From Macrostomum lignano (Eukaryota), in the NCBI GenBank assembly GCA_002269645.1, contig NIVC01001913.1, positions 62,001 to 126,000 on the forward strand: DNA of 64,000 nt. The letters run 5' to 3'. Under the pieces are notes generated by a model. It did no database searches. It saw only the letters and a program-made list of their open reading frames with translations, and was not told the DNA's origin. Positions within the stretch are counted from its first letter, which is position 1; each line of letters starts with the position of its first letter. The position numbers and the translations under genes are program-made. Positions 22,946-36,517 of the stretch are shown piece by piece.

Positions 22946-24884
22946 AACAAGAGCGAAAGTTATCTTGTGATTTTATCTGGTTTATTTACCAGAGGGTAAG
23001 GCAGACAAAACTTTAATTTCTCTAATAGACTCGGTTTTCCTAGAAATCAGCTAGAGGCGCATGTTTGTCGCATCGCCAGTGCATTTAGTTTGCTCCAGAG
23101 AAAGCATAGCGTTGAATGTAGTTTTGCCATAGACAAATTTGATTGAGAAAAATCCAATTTCTCTAGTAGAGCATGTGGGCTTTTTTCAGTCAAGTTGATA
23201 GTTGGGCCCAACCAAGCTGAGAATTGCCATTTGGCATTTGGCAGATCTGGTCTTGTCCATAGATATGAGAAAAATCAACCAAGTTTTGAAAACTGAAACA
23301 GGGTCTATAAGAGAGGTTGCTGCTGGCATCGTTCGTTTTGCTGATGTCTATGGCCGAATCATCTACTTGCTTGCCTTTTTACATCTAGATGCATGTTTAT
23401 GCCAAGCGGCAATTCTTAACTTGGCTGACAACAGCCATAAAATGCACTAATTGCTTTTTTAACGATCTACATGTAAATGGAAATTTGGACAATCAAAATG
23501 GGAAAATCAATTCAAAACGGTAATTCGCCCAATTTAATGTACTTTTTGTATCTCAGGGCCACGGGAATATTTAAAAGTGAACAAAGTGTCCGTTACCGAA
23601 AGCAAAACAAAAGTAACTCAGAAGCTTTGAGCGTCAGGAAAGGATTTCATCGAGTTTCTCAACCAAGAATTCTCTCATTTCCTGATCGGCCTTGCACAAT
23701 CCTTCTTTCCGACCACCGCGAGGAAAGGGATTCCACTCTGCCATCGAGTCGAAAGTTGGCAGCGATTTGGAATGCGGTCCTTCGATGGATGACCCTTGTT
23801 CAATCGCATCAGTCAGCCGCTGGCGATCTGCTACAGGAATTGGTGGCGCCATTCAATGGGGTCGATTCCCATTTTGAATGGCTTTTTTTACCATATTGAA
23901 TGTTCAAAGTTATCGTCTATGGCCAAGCCTCCCTCAGTGGACTTTGCTAAACTGCTTAAGTCCATGACTAGGGTGCGATCTGTGGCCTGGCTTGAATGTC
24001 TATGGCGTCCCGATTTGATTGTCCAAATTGCCATTTAGATCTTCAAAAGCGATAGCAGTACAACAAATGCACGTTCCTTGCTCATTTCTAAGAAATTCGC
24101 ATCTTTCTGCTTCAGTTGTCCCTGAACACATTTGACCTGCGAGTGTTAAAGCAGTTGTTGCATAGCGAATCCTCTTGATAGACAACAATTTTATCATTCT
24201 GATATCTTGTACGTAAGCTAGTAAGATTTTTAGTCTGTTTCCATTTTGAGTAGAGTGTGTGCTCCATCGCCCTGTGCGTTGTCTTGAATCTTCATAAGTT
24301 TGTTTAACTTTTCTGGCTACATTTATAACGCAATTTATACATTTATAATGATAATAATAATATTAATATTAATAATTGATTGCACCTGCCCTATTGGGCA
24401 GATGTGCAACAGACAGCTCAACCACCTGTTGAATGTCCAGAAGCTCCGCCTGGGTGAAGGCCATAGACCAACGAAGTCAGAGCTGATGCAGACACATGTA
24501 GTCGACGTGCTGATGAAATTTGAAGGCTTGGCAAGGCTGCACTGAGGCGCAGTGCTGATTGGCGCGCAGGGGTGTACTGAATACACTAGAGCTTATGGGA
24601 AAAACCCGACCTTCTGGAAGAACCGTCGAATATCTCGACGGTCCGTAGAGCTGGCGACTTGATTCTTGTTTGAGAAGTCAGCCCGTGTTCTTGAATTTCG
24701 TGTGCCTGCGTTGCTCCGTTAAAAATGGCTTGGTATTCCCAATGTTAAACCTTGTGAATTACCTGCAATGTCTTTCAATGCAAATATTCGGTAATCAAGT
24801 ACGACGTTATTATTGAGAGATAAGTGTGCGCGGGGACGACTTGCTGGCGTATAATTTATTAAAGTCCGATTTATCTAGCAGCAG

Positions 24885-27800
24885 TCATCCAATCTTCGGC
24901 AGTGTCACGTCAATCCGGTAGCTGTAGCACAGTTCAAATCCTTGATCTGCAGGCCGCTTAGCTAACAGGTGCAGGTGATAGCGACCGCCCGACACAAAAT
25001 TCACTAGAACAGTTGCCGACTGGCCCGACAAGCTAGTCTCGCAGTTGTCGCTGTGGTCCTCAGCCGGCTGCTGCTGCTGGGCCAGCCTGGTGAGGGTCAC
25101 GGCGAAGTCCAGCTCACCCTTGACGCCGAATCGAAGCGCCATCGTCTCGGCGTCTTGCACAGTCAGCTTGAATTTGGACTCGGCAGTCAGGCCGAGACGC
25201 TTGGCTGAAGAGCCGCTGGCTCCGGGCTTCACCTTCGACTCGTCGATCGCAGGCCGGGCGAGGCTGCCGCCCTGTTCCGGCAGGCCTGAGCACCTGAGCA
25301 GGTATTTGCAGACGTGAGTCGCCTGACAGCCAGCCCGCTCCAGGAACAGCTCCAGGGCGTAGACGCCCGACTCCGGGGGTCGCACCAGCAGCAGCAGCAC
25401 GTTGCCTTGACGACGAATGCGAATGTAGCGATTCAGCGTCTGCGAAGTCAGGCCGTTCTTGTGCAGCAGAGCGGTGAATGCTGTAGCCTCCTGGAGTAAA
25501 TCGTCCGGCACCCAGAACTCCACGGTCAGCTCCGAGCCCTGACTTGCGTCGAAGTTGATGACGGCTGACCCGTGGTTCATCGGCTTCACCCCAAAATGCC
25601 GCAGCGCTTTCGCCGGTCCCCATTCGCCGTTGCCGCCGGCGCCGCTGGCCTTGGGCAGCGGATTCATCCGCTTCTGCAGGGCGGCAGCGGACACCTTGAA
25701 TTTGGCGACAGATTTCATGCGCACCTGGTTGCCGTACAGAGACGGACTGTGCGGCTGAACTACGGCGGCGAAGATCTCTAGGTAGTAGGCCTGCCGGCTG
25801 GGCACGTGGACGTCGAACACGAGACTCCCAGGTGTTGGCACTGAGAAGAAAATGTACCTGGGATTGGAGGAGTTTAGTGATGAGTTTCCCGGGAAAATAA
25901 TAATGATAAAAATGATTAATTACACCTGCCCCAATTGGGCCAGATGTGCAACCGACAGCTCACCCGCAACTATTGTACGGCTGTTCAGTCCAAGGGCTGC
26001 AGGGGGTCGCCACACACACCCTCAATTACCATCAGCTAATGCTGGCACCTATTTTACAGCTGAGTGACCTGAAGCAATGCAGAATTAAGTGTCTTGCTCA
26101 AGGACACAAATTGCTCCAGTGGGATCGGGAATCGAATTCCCGACCTTCTAGTCGTGAGCCCGACGCTCTTACCACTTACACCCGCAATAGAGCAGTAGTC
26201 AACTTGTTTTCTTTTTATGAAATCCTAAAGTTAAGAAGTTAGCGCCCTTCTATCCAGATACTTTAGCTGTCCATGACCTCTAGAGTCACCCCCACCTGTC
26301 CAACTGCGCTCCCTGATAATAGGCCGCCCCGGTCTCAGCGCAGCGGAACTGGAAGTGGCACATCAGCGGCAGGTCCTGCTGCCGCAGGCTGATCTCCAAC
26401 GCTGCACCGCCGAACTCGTTGGCTTCGAGTAGCGCCTTCGTGTCAGCCGGGAACTCCATGCCGAAGTGGAAGAAGTCCGACCTGACAAACGGCAGCGCCT
26501 CAAAGTCCGTGAGGCCGATCGGCCGGTCCAGCAGCTGCCATTTCGGCTCGAATGGGAAAAATTCATAAATAAACTTTTCCGGATCTGTCAAGAAGTAGTG
26601 CTCATCATAGTCGTAGCGAAGATTCTTGCCGTCTGTCGGCTGATTTGGGTTGGCCGGCAGTGTCTGCTGGTGTTGTTGCTGCTGTAGGGCTAAAATTTTT
26701 AATATTCAATATAACACTTTTATATTCGCAAGGTAAGCATTAGTGACGTATCCTATGCTATTTTGCATACTTTCTTAAGTCTCTTCATAAGTACTTTTGC
26801 TTTTGCCCATCGCTAACCAATTGTGAAGCTTTTCTGTTTGCTTCAGCTTCTGGACCCTGCCTAAACCCTACTCTGGACCCTTCCTAAACCCTACTCTGAA
26901 CCCTTCCTAAACCCTACTCTGAACCCTTCCTAAACCCTACTCTGAACCCTTCCTAAACCCTACTCTGAACCCTTCCTAAACCCTACTCTGAACCTTAACC
27001 TAACTAAACCCTACTCTGGACTCTACCCTAAACCTGGACTCTGGACTCTACTCTGAACCCTCCCTAAATAAACCCTACTCTGAACCCTTCCTAAACCCTA
27101 CTCTGAAAACAAACCCTCACCTTCACCCTAATCCTAAATTGAATCGCAACCTAAAACCTATCCTTAACCATACCCTAAACCTAATACTGAACCCTACTCT
27201 AAAACTTACATTGAACCCTGAACCCTATCATAAACTCTATCCCAAACCCTACCCAGAACCTTGTATACCGAACCCTAACCCGAACACCTACTCTGAACTT
27301 ATTGACCTTTGGGATTCATTTTTAGACTAATAAAAATCGTTTAATCATTTGCAACCCACAGAATTCGCCCATCGATCTGTTACGCACTTCCAATAGCGGA
27401 CGGTCGCCTATTCCTGTTGCGCACAATGCGCCTGGCCGCCCAGTTGCACTGCACCAGCCGCCAGTCGCCGTCGATGAACACCGCGTTCCAAGTGTTTTTG
27501 AATTGGTGCGCATTTCTAAACTGCATGCAGGGCTCGTAGCCGGCCGATTTTGAATAGCCTGCGGATGCGAGATTCCGAGTATTTCCCTAACGGTCATCAT
27601 CAACTCCAGACATAAGACATTAATCATATGGTATTGCTTTAAGCAGCCTATTTTTCACTTGGGGCTTTCAAACGTGGACACGGAGACTCTATGGCTTCGC
27701 TTGCTCAAAGTAGTCTATGGCCCAAACCAAAATGGCTAGAAGGCGCAATCAGTTTTCCACACCAGCTGGAGCAAAGGACTCCATGGAAAAGGAGTGGAAT

Positions 27801-30800
27801 TTTGTCTATGGTCAAAGCTATACTGAGACCATACAGTGCAGAAGCTTTTTATAAGAGGCTATAATCAGAGGCTATACAGACAACAAGCTCTAAACTGAAG
27901 CAAGACCACAAAGAGCCCTTCTCTTTTGACGAATTGATTGATTGACGCATTTTCTGCTCTCCGATGGCGGAGGTTCAACCTCCCCAAGGTCAAATTTTTT
28001 ATGTTAAAATTAGCGACGAAACGCGGCGACTCAGTGCCACAGAACTGAGAACTTACACAGAATGCTCAATCAGTGTATGTCTATGACTCCGAAATGCATG
28101 CGCGTGCACACTACTTTTTTAGTGAAGGTGCCGGAAGTAGTGCAGATGAAAACTGATCAAGTATTTTATTTATTAGATTTCTGATCATCAGTAATTATAG
28201 AAAACTGGGAAGAAACCGGCTCATATCAAGTACGCTAGGAAAGACCACAGATACGAAAATAACTAGATGGACCACTCAGGCATATATGCTTAGTGAAACA
28301 GCTTTCTACTTTCAGTTCAGTAGCAAAGAAGAATACACAAGCTATTTTATAAAAATAATCGCAGCTGAAATGAATTTGATAAGTTTAGAAGCCCAAGCTT
28401 GCAGACGTAAACAGTTTGCTAATTGGTTCAGGAGTAATGTACATTAGCCAGTCCACTGAAATGTACATGGCAGCTTTAGGCTGGAATTCCGAGAAAGGCA
28501 ATAAAATTGGGGCGGGGCGAGGGGGCTAGTGTGGAAAGGCGCGGTCGGAGGGTTTAAGCTGGGGGTAGGAGCCAATAAATGAGCCTTGGCTTTTAAAACA
28601 CATTTAAATGCTTCAGTTTAACTTACTACTGAACTGAAAGTAGCTTGCACGCAAATGTGCTGAGTGGCCCATCTAGTTATTCTAGTATCTGCATGTACGA
28701 AAGACAAAACTAACTCACTGTATTGAACTATATTGAAGTTATTCGGTTCAAACTGGGACTGCAAAATGCTATAGTTAGTTAGTTCGCCCGAGGTTTTCGG
28801 CACTGCCACAGATCCAAGGCAACAGTCGCACACGCGCTCACACTGGGTGTACATTCTGTACAACGGTCCTGGCTTTCTCATCATTAGGCATGTACACTCT
28901 CTGTGGCTAGACCGTATTAATATCAAGTAAGACGCGTTAACCACTTCGCGCCCAAGCTTGGTTCCGCAAGATGGCTTAAAAGCCCAAAGGCCTGCAGAGC
29001 AGTCCATAGACAAATTTGTCTTTTTTGCTGAATCGAGTGCACACTCTAGAAGCCCAGAAGTAAAGTATATCACATAGTTTTTCAGCTAGCTCCTGTTCAA
29101 ACCTTCCTACCCACAAATGGCTTTTACGCGGCCGAATAGGACAGCTAAAAGTGACGCCTTGCGCAGACTGGGACTCGAATCCGATTCGGAAGACGCTTTA
29201 TCAAGCAATGACTAGACGGTTTTGAGTCAGAAACAGAGTCGGAAGGCATGGATCCAGAAATTGATCAGAGCCAAGATGAGGCGACCGCGGAATGGGTTGA
29301 AGTAACCCCTGGAAATGACAACTCGTTTGACCACGACGGGGTGCCGGTATTCCGAGGGTTTTCGACCATCAATCTAAGCACTGGTCTACCAGAAAATCCA
29401 GACGAAAGTATGAAATAATTTTTATCAATCTTCCTGACTGAAGAGTTTCTCACCACCGTCTTGTCACATGGACCAATGAGCGAATGTGGTTGGCAGTCAG
29501 GGAGTTCCAGCAGGAGAGTGCAGAAAATGGCGAGGAAGAGAGCGAGAGTTGTTGAGCTTAGCCGCGAAGTGCTGGGCGAAGGATACCACATATACACGGA
29601 CGACTCCCTGCAACGGAAGCCCAGACTCGCCCAAGCAAACGATTCCGAATTTGAAACCTGACGTTCCAGCTAAGAAGACAGTATTTTGCTGCGGCCAATG
29701 TCCCGGAAATCCTGGTCTCTGTCCAGATCCATGCTAATTCATCCACGCTTTATTTCCCCTTTAACATTTCTCATTTGAGTGAAAACACAATAGAAATGCA
29801 CAATGGACGTCTTTAAATCAGTCATGGCCTGCACAGCAGGCCATACTGGGCACTTGCTTTAGTGATTGGGAGATGGTTTTTGATGCCATAGACATTTTTC
29901 AATCTCTGGGTTTCTGGGCCGTTTCGGTATGGCCTGCAGTGCAGGCCTTTGGCTTCCAAATGGTTAAAGCCACTCCGTCCCCTTGATGTTGAATCGTTCA
30001 AATAAGTCGTTTTACCCCGATTAAACATTTTTCCCAGCCGATTTCATTTTGATAATTTGTGATGCTATGCGCACCATGGTTTAAATGTCGACTTTATAAT
30101 CAGGCCATATCTAACCATCTATCTGTAGCAATTTCTATCAACTTTTTTGTGGTGCCGCACCCAAATTGTTAAGCATGGGCAGATGGAGTCTCTCTGAGAA
30201 TCCAGTCTGAAGTGCTCAATGGTCTGCCAAGGGGCTTGGGTCAGATCTGACGCGTTCACACACTATGTGCAGCTCCTAAAAGACTCAGGGGGTAAGAAAG
30301 CAATGAAACTGTTGGAGAAAGCAGATGTGCTTCAAATAGAGAATAGACAATGAGCTGAAGACAGCAGAGCTGCTCTCCAAAAGCATCGGACAAGAGATGA
30401 TAAATATGCCATGTAAAATTGTTGCAGAGGGTAAATGCTTTCATTTCTTACCTCTCCTGCTTGAGGTTCTATCACTAATTACTAGTCTTGTCTTCAAACA
30501 GTAACGCGCCGGTGCCTGCAATCTGTCTCTTTCTCTCTCTGTTCAATTTCAACCTGATTGACAGCTTGTTGGCATTTCCTAACCTAAGCATGTGGGCGGG
30601 CATGGGAACTTGCCAACGCCTTAAGGCTTAGACCAAGCATCTGGAGTCATCTTACAGCAGCTAGACACACCACCAAACAGCTAGAATCACTTCAAAACAG
30701 CTAGACACATCACCAAACATCTAGAGTCACCTCAAAACAGATAAACACATCACCAAACATCTAGAGTCACCTCAAAACAGCTAGACACATCACCAAACAT

Positions 30801-33800
30801 CTAGAGTCACCTCAAAACAGCTAGACACGCCACCAAACATCTAGAGTCACCTTAAAACAGCTAGACACATCACCAAACATCTAGAATCACCTCAAAACAG
30901 CTAGACACATCACCAAACATCTAGAGTCACCTCAAAACAGATAAACACATCACCAAACATCTAGAGTCACCTCAAAACAGATAAACACATCACCAAACAT
31001 CTAGAGTCACCTCAAAACAGATAAACACATCACCAAACATCTAGAGTCACCTCAAAACAGCTAGACACATCACCAAACATCTAGAGTCACCTCAAAACAG
31101 CTAGACACGCCACCAAACATCTAGAATCACCTCAAAACAGCTAGACACATCACCAAACATCTAGAGTCACCTCAAAACAGATAAACACATCACCAAACAT
31201 CTAGAGTCACCTCAAAACAGATAAACACATCACCAAACATCTAGAGTCACCTCAAAACAGATAAACACATCACCAAACATCTAGAGTCACCTCAAAACAG
31301 CTAGACACGCCACCAAACATCTAGAATCACCTCAAAACAGCTAGACACATCACCAAACATCTAGAGTCACCTCAAAACAGATAAACACATCACCAAACAT
31401 CTAGAGTCACCTCAAAACAGATAAACACATCACCAAACATCTAGAGTCACCTCAAAACAGCTAGACACATCACCAAACATCTAGAGTCACCTCAAAACAG
31501 CTAGACACGCCACCAAACATCTAGAATCACCTCAAAACAGCTAGACACATCACCAAACATCTAGAGTCACCTCAAAACAGATAAACACATCACCAAACAT
31601 CTAGAGTCACCTCAAAACAGATAAACACATCACCAAACATCTAGAGTCACCTCAAAACAGCTAGACACATCACCAAACATCTAGAATCACCTCAAAACAG
31701 CTAGACACGCCACCAAACATCTAAGAGTCACCTCAAAACAGCTAGACACATCACCAAACATCTAGAGTCACCTCAAAACAGCTAGACACATCACCAAACA
31801 TCTAGAGTCACCTCAAAACAGCTAGACACATCACCAAACATCTAGAGTCACCTCAAAACAGCTAGACACATCACCAAACATCTAGAGTCACCTCAAAACA
31901 GCTAGACACACCAGCTAACACTAAGACACACTATCAAAAATCTACACACATAGAAATATCACTAAAAACTTCGACAGGAGTTTAAACAAACCGACACACC
32001 ACTTAGCACCCTAACATGCTATCAGAGATACGTCTTTGAATACTTCTAGACAGTTTGTTGACGACAACTAGTTCACGTTTGCGTCGCAGTGCTTCCACCC
32101 CTTTACCTTTAATTTCAACCGCGTGAATCCCAGCGTACGAGCACAGCCGCATGAACAGCACGTGATAGGTCTCTGTGCCAAACTGGATGCTTCTCAACAG
32201 TCCCATCGGAGTGTCCGGATTCCACTGGTTGTCAATGTGCAGCGTCGACAAGTCCTTAACGGTGATCCAGCGAAATATCGCCCGCACCTTCTCTAACTCC
32301 GACATGCAGTTGGCTGTCAGCTGTTCGGCCAGCTCCGTGAATGTCAGCTGCTGCCGGTCCTCGGCTATGCGGATCACGTGATCGTCCAGCTGTCCAAAGA
32401 TCCCGGCGTCCGTATAGAGCGACGATTTTGGCCGGGAGGGCGCGCAAGGCGACGGCACCCGGTCCGGGATGAAGCTCAGCATCCCGTTGGCATCGGCGGT
32501 GCTGCTGGCCGCGTCAGTCAGCGAGTCTGACGCGCTGTCGATGGTCAGCAAGTCGACAGCCTGCGTTGTCCGATCGGCCAAGTCAGCCTCTTGGTGAGGC
32601 GCACCGCTGCCCTGATTGACTTGACTCCATTGAGTAGTCCGATCAGCTGTCATTGCCCCGGGACCAGGCGCAGTGAATCCATCTACAGCTCTCGAGGACT
32701 GAGTCTGTCTGTCAACCAGCTGCTGCTGGTGCACGCCTGACGTTGTTGATGTCGACATTGAGGACACTGCTGCCGTCTGCTCCACCGGAGCGTCCGTCAT
32801 GACGCCAAAATCGACGCCTCGATTGATTTGAGCAACGCCGAGACCGCCAGCAACTTCCTCCTTGTTCTGCTTCTGCTGAGACGTCTCCTTGGCAGTCTGC
32901 TCTTTCTGCGCGAATTTGAAGCGTTTGACTTTTGTTGTTTTATTATATATTATTATTAATACACCTGCCTTAATGGCCAGACATGCAACCGACAGCTCAG
33001 CCGCAGCTATTGCGCAGTGCATTTGAAGGCTGCGTACGGCTGTTCAGTCCAAGGATTGGGGGGTCGCCACACACACCCTCAATTATCCCAGCTAATGCTG
33101 GCACCCATTTTACAGCTGGGTGAACTGAAGCAATGTAGAGTTATAAGTGTCTTGCTCAAGGACACAAATTATCCCAGTGGGATCGGGAATCGAACCCCCG
33201 ACCTTTCAGTCGTGAGTTCAACACTCTAACCAGTTAGGCTACAGGCCCAAGGCAACAACAAGGCTACGATTGACCAATGAACCAAGTGATAGTTAGTTTT
33301 TTTCAGACGCCTGACTGAGCTATAGAGCCTATAGTTATATTAAGTGCACTTCAGAGTTAGTTTCAACTGAACCATTTTATAACTTGCCTCAATCTCTTTC
33401 TGCTTTCTGGATAGCAGCTGCAGCATCTCGCGGCTCTGCCTGGACACCAGCTCGGCTGTTCTCTCCTGGGCCAATTCCTGGAACTGCGATTCGATCGCGT
33501 CGCGCTGCTCGGCCTCCTTGAACCGGATGGTCCGATGGGCGGCCTCCTTCTCCGTGTCTGGCGCCCGTCTGCGCGTCATCTCCTGCAGGCGGGCCTCCCA
33601 GGTCTCCTTTATCTCGGCCTCGAGGTGCTGCTCCTTCTGCTGCCGATCCGCCATCATCTCGCGCAGCAGCCGATCTTCTTCGGCCCGGTGTCGCTGCTCC
33701 AGCGCCTTCTGGGCCTCCAACAGTTCAGAACGGCGCGGACTGTGGGAATGAGAGTATGGTGTCCATCCATCGATAGAATTCCATCGATAGGGTGTCCGAG

Positions 33801-36148
33801 TTTCCTAAAATGTAATTGACAGTGTCCGAGTTTCCTGGAATGCTATTGATAGGGTGTCCGAGTTTCCTGGATGGGAATGCTATTGATAGGGTGTCCGAGT
33901 TTCCTGGATGGGAATGCTATTGATAGGGTGTCCGAGTTTCCTGAATGGGAATTCTATTGATAGGGTGTCCGAGTTTCCTGGATGGGAATTCTATTGATAG
34001 GGTGTCCGAGTTTCCTGGATGGGAATGCTATTGATAGGGTGTCCGAGTTTCCTGGATGGGAATGCTATTGATAGGGTGTCCGAGTTTCCTGGATGGGAAT
34101 GCTATTGATAGGGTGTCCGAGTTTCCTAGATGGGAATGCTATTGATAAGGTGTCCGAGTTTCCTGGATGGGAATGCTATTGATAGGGTGTCCGAGTTTCC
34201 TGGATGGGAATGCTATTGATAGGGTGTCCGAGTTTCCTGGATGGGAATGCTATTGATAGGGTGTCCGAGTTTCCTAGATGGGAATGCTATTGATAGGGTG
34301 TCCGAGTTTCCTAGATGGGAATGCTATTGATAGGGTTCCGATTTAATTCTATTGATAGGGTGTCCCAGTTTCCTAGAATTCTATCGATGCGGTGCCCGAG
34401 TTTCCTGGAATTCTATTAATAGGGTGTCCGAATTTCCTGGAATTCTATTGATAGAGTGTCCAAGTTTTATGAGTTTTATTGAGTAATATTGACGCAATTT
34501 TCGAGTTTCCTGAAATGTAATTGACGGGTAGTCGGATGTCCCAGTTTCCTGGAAGGCTATGGACGGGTGTCCGAATTCTTCAAATGCTCTTGACGGGTGT
34601 CCGAGTTCTTCTAATGCTATTGACGGGTGTCTCAAATGCTGTTGACGGGTGTCCAAGTTCTAAGTCCGAGTTTCCTACTTGGGGTCTGACAGAGATCTTG
34701 AAATCATGGTCCTCACCCCGGATTGAAGTGATGCCGACTAAACGTGGCCTTCCGACCTTCCGAACGAATTTTGGTCACCGCCACCGCCTGCCGGATGCTG
34801 ATGGCCTGCGAGTCCACCTGGCCGCCCCGGTGGACGCCCGCGTCCCGGTCCCGGCTGCGGTTGTACAGCGTCTGCGCCGTCAGGGCCGTCCGCATCCCGA
34901 CCTACAGACCAGGCGCAAAAATTCATTAAATGCCAACTGCTTCGGATCCGGTGATTTCTTTATTGAAGATTGAAGACAGCTTGTGATGAAGAATGTTGGC
35001 AATTTGGCATCTTCAACACCTAATTTAGCATCTCTAACACCTAATTTAGCATCTATAACACCCAATTTAGCATCTATAACACCTAATTTAGCATCTATAA
35101 CACCCAATTTAGCATCTATAACACCCAATTTAGCATCTATAACACCCAATTTAGCATCTATAACACCCAATTTAGCATCTCTAACACCCAATTTAGCATC
35201 TATAACACCCAATTTAGCATCTCTAACACCAATTTAGTGCTATAAACACCCAATTCAGAATCTTTAACACATAATTTAGGATCTCTAACGCCTAATTTAG
35301 CATCTCTAACAGCTAATGTAGCATTTCTAACACAACTTAGCATCTCTAACACCCAATTTAGCATCTCTAACACCTAATTTAGCAACCCTAACACCTAATT
35401 TAGCGTCTCTAACACCTAATTTAGCATCTCTAACACCTAATTTAGCAACCCTAACACCTAATTTAGCGTCTCTAACACCTAATTTAGCATCTCTAACACC
35501 TAATTTAGCATCTCTAACACCTAATTTAGCAACCCTAACACCTAATTTAGCGTCTCTAACACCTAATTTAGCATCTCTAACACCTAATTTAGCAACCCTA
35601 ACACCTAATTTAGCGTCTCTAACACCTAATTTAGCATCTCTAACACCTAATTTAGCATCTGTAACACCAAATTTAGCATCTCTAATGCCTAATTTAGCAT
35701 TTCTAACACATAATTTAGCCTCTTTAACGCCTAATTTAGCATCTCTAACAGCTAATGTAGCATTTCTAACACCTAATTTAGCATCTATAACACCTAATTT
35801 AGCATCTCTAACACCTAATTTATCATCTATAACATCTAATTTAGCATCTCTAAACAGTTGGCAGTTGCCAACTACTCTAGACAGACTCACAGTGTCCACA
35901 TCCATCTGAGCATTCTTCAGCTGAGGCCGGTGCCCTGAGCAGTAGACCTCCCTGTCAGCTGAGTCACTGGGATTCGCGCAATATGAGCTGAGTGTCAGCG
36001 ACAAGCCGCAGACCTGGCAACGGAAGCAGTTCTTGTGAAAGACGGCCTCATTCAGTGGGCCGATTTTCTCAGTCGGATAGACAGTCTTGCCGCAACGGTA
36101 GCACTGCTGCGGCCCCGTGGCGAACTGTGCCACAAGCCGTCGGTTCAT
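24885..36148 (-). CDS. hil: Hillarin / LTD-1-like protein (LIM + coiled coil + transglutaminase-like domain + KY-like C-terminal repeats), ~1043 aa
   Basis: Phase-consistent exons 36148-35891, 34901-34717, 33739-33388, 32905-32107, 27558-27388, 26689-26296, 25857-24885 (3132 nt). LIM CYRCGKTVYPTEK...HKNCFRC; KVRAIFRWI, YHVLFMRLCSYAG, GYSKSAGYEP, NTWNAVFIDGDWRLVQCNW, YDEHYFLTDPE. Confidence 0.88.
25915..26185 (-). mobile_element. tRNA-derived SINE (intronic)
   Basis: A/B-box head on the minus strand plus body aagtgtcttgctcaaggacacaa; homologous to 32940-33245 and to a fragment at ~24380-24440. Confidence 0.75.
26850..27110. repeat. 22-bp minisatellite (ccttcctaaaccctactctgaa)
   Basis: Tandem copies degrading rightwards. 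Confidence 0.85.
28246..28691. mobile_element. MITE, same family as 18800-19257
   Basis: Same TIRs and internal inverted motif ctactttcagttcagtag / ctactgaactgaaagtag; flanks (g)gaaagac on both sides. Confidence 0.78.
28941..29963 (+). mobile_element. Internally deleted piggyBac (PGBD4-like) remnant
   Basis: Fragments IFLTEEFLTTV, RVVELSREVLGEGYHIYTD and the C-terminal Cys-rich TVFCCGQCPGNPGLCPDPC; TTAA at 28937-28940 and 29964-29967, but TIR match is weak. Confidence 0.65.
30650..31910. repeat. 40-bp minisatellite made of two 20-bp subunits (~31 copies)
   Basis: Unit ctagagtcacctcaaaacag + ctagacacatcaccaaacat. Confidence 0.95.
32940..33245 (-). mobile_element. tRNA-derived SINE (intronic)
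   Basis: Head tagcctaactggttagagtg...ggttcgattccc on the minus strand; AT-rich tail near 32940. Confidence 0.78.
33770..34680. repeat. 37-bp minisatellite with degenerate right flank
   Basis: Unit gggtgtccgagtttcctggatgggaatgctattgata. Confidence 0.92.
34995..35860. repeat. 21-bp minisatellite (tttagcatctctaacacctaa), ~40 copies
   Basis: Fills most of Hillarin intron 1. Confidence 0.95.
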
Positions 36149-36517
36149 GCTTGGCTTCTAATTCACACGAACCTGTCACTGAATTCGCTAGACAGCTTTT
36201 TATGCAGACAGTAGCTGCGCGGCCGGGTCGCCTCAGCCAATCGAATTAGATTTCTTTCAGTGTACCTGTACTTTACGAATGCGAATAAAAATTTGCATTA
36301 TTCACTGCTGAAATAATATGCACTTCAGTAGTAGTTTTTGATGAATGTTACAAGATAAAATTATTAACAGATGAAAAGACATAAGATCTGTTTAAATTTT
36401 GTTCATCAATTTAGGTTACTGGAAATTTGCCGATAAACCTATCAATTTCAAGCTAAAATATTAGTCTTTTAATCTTCTTGATTTCGTTCGTTAAATTTAA
36501 ATTTTCCCTATCGCCAC

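Noticed and set aside
23634-24197. A single ancestral gene from two same-frame ORFs
   Set aside because: Several stops separate them and there are no recognisable motifs.
26850-27300. Interstitial telomeric repeat (CCCTAAA-like)
   Set aside because: The motif is embedded in a 22-bp unit rather than in tandem hexamers or heptamers.
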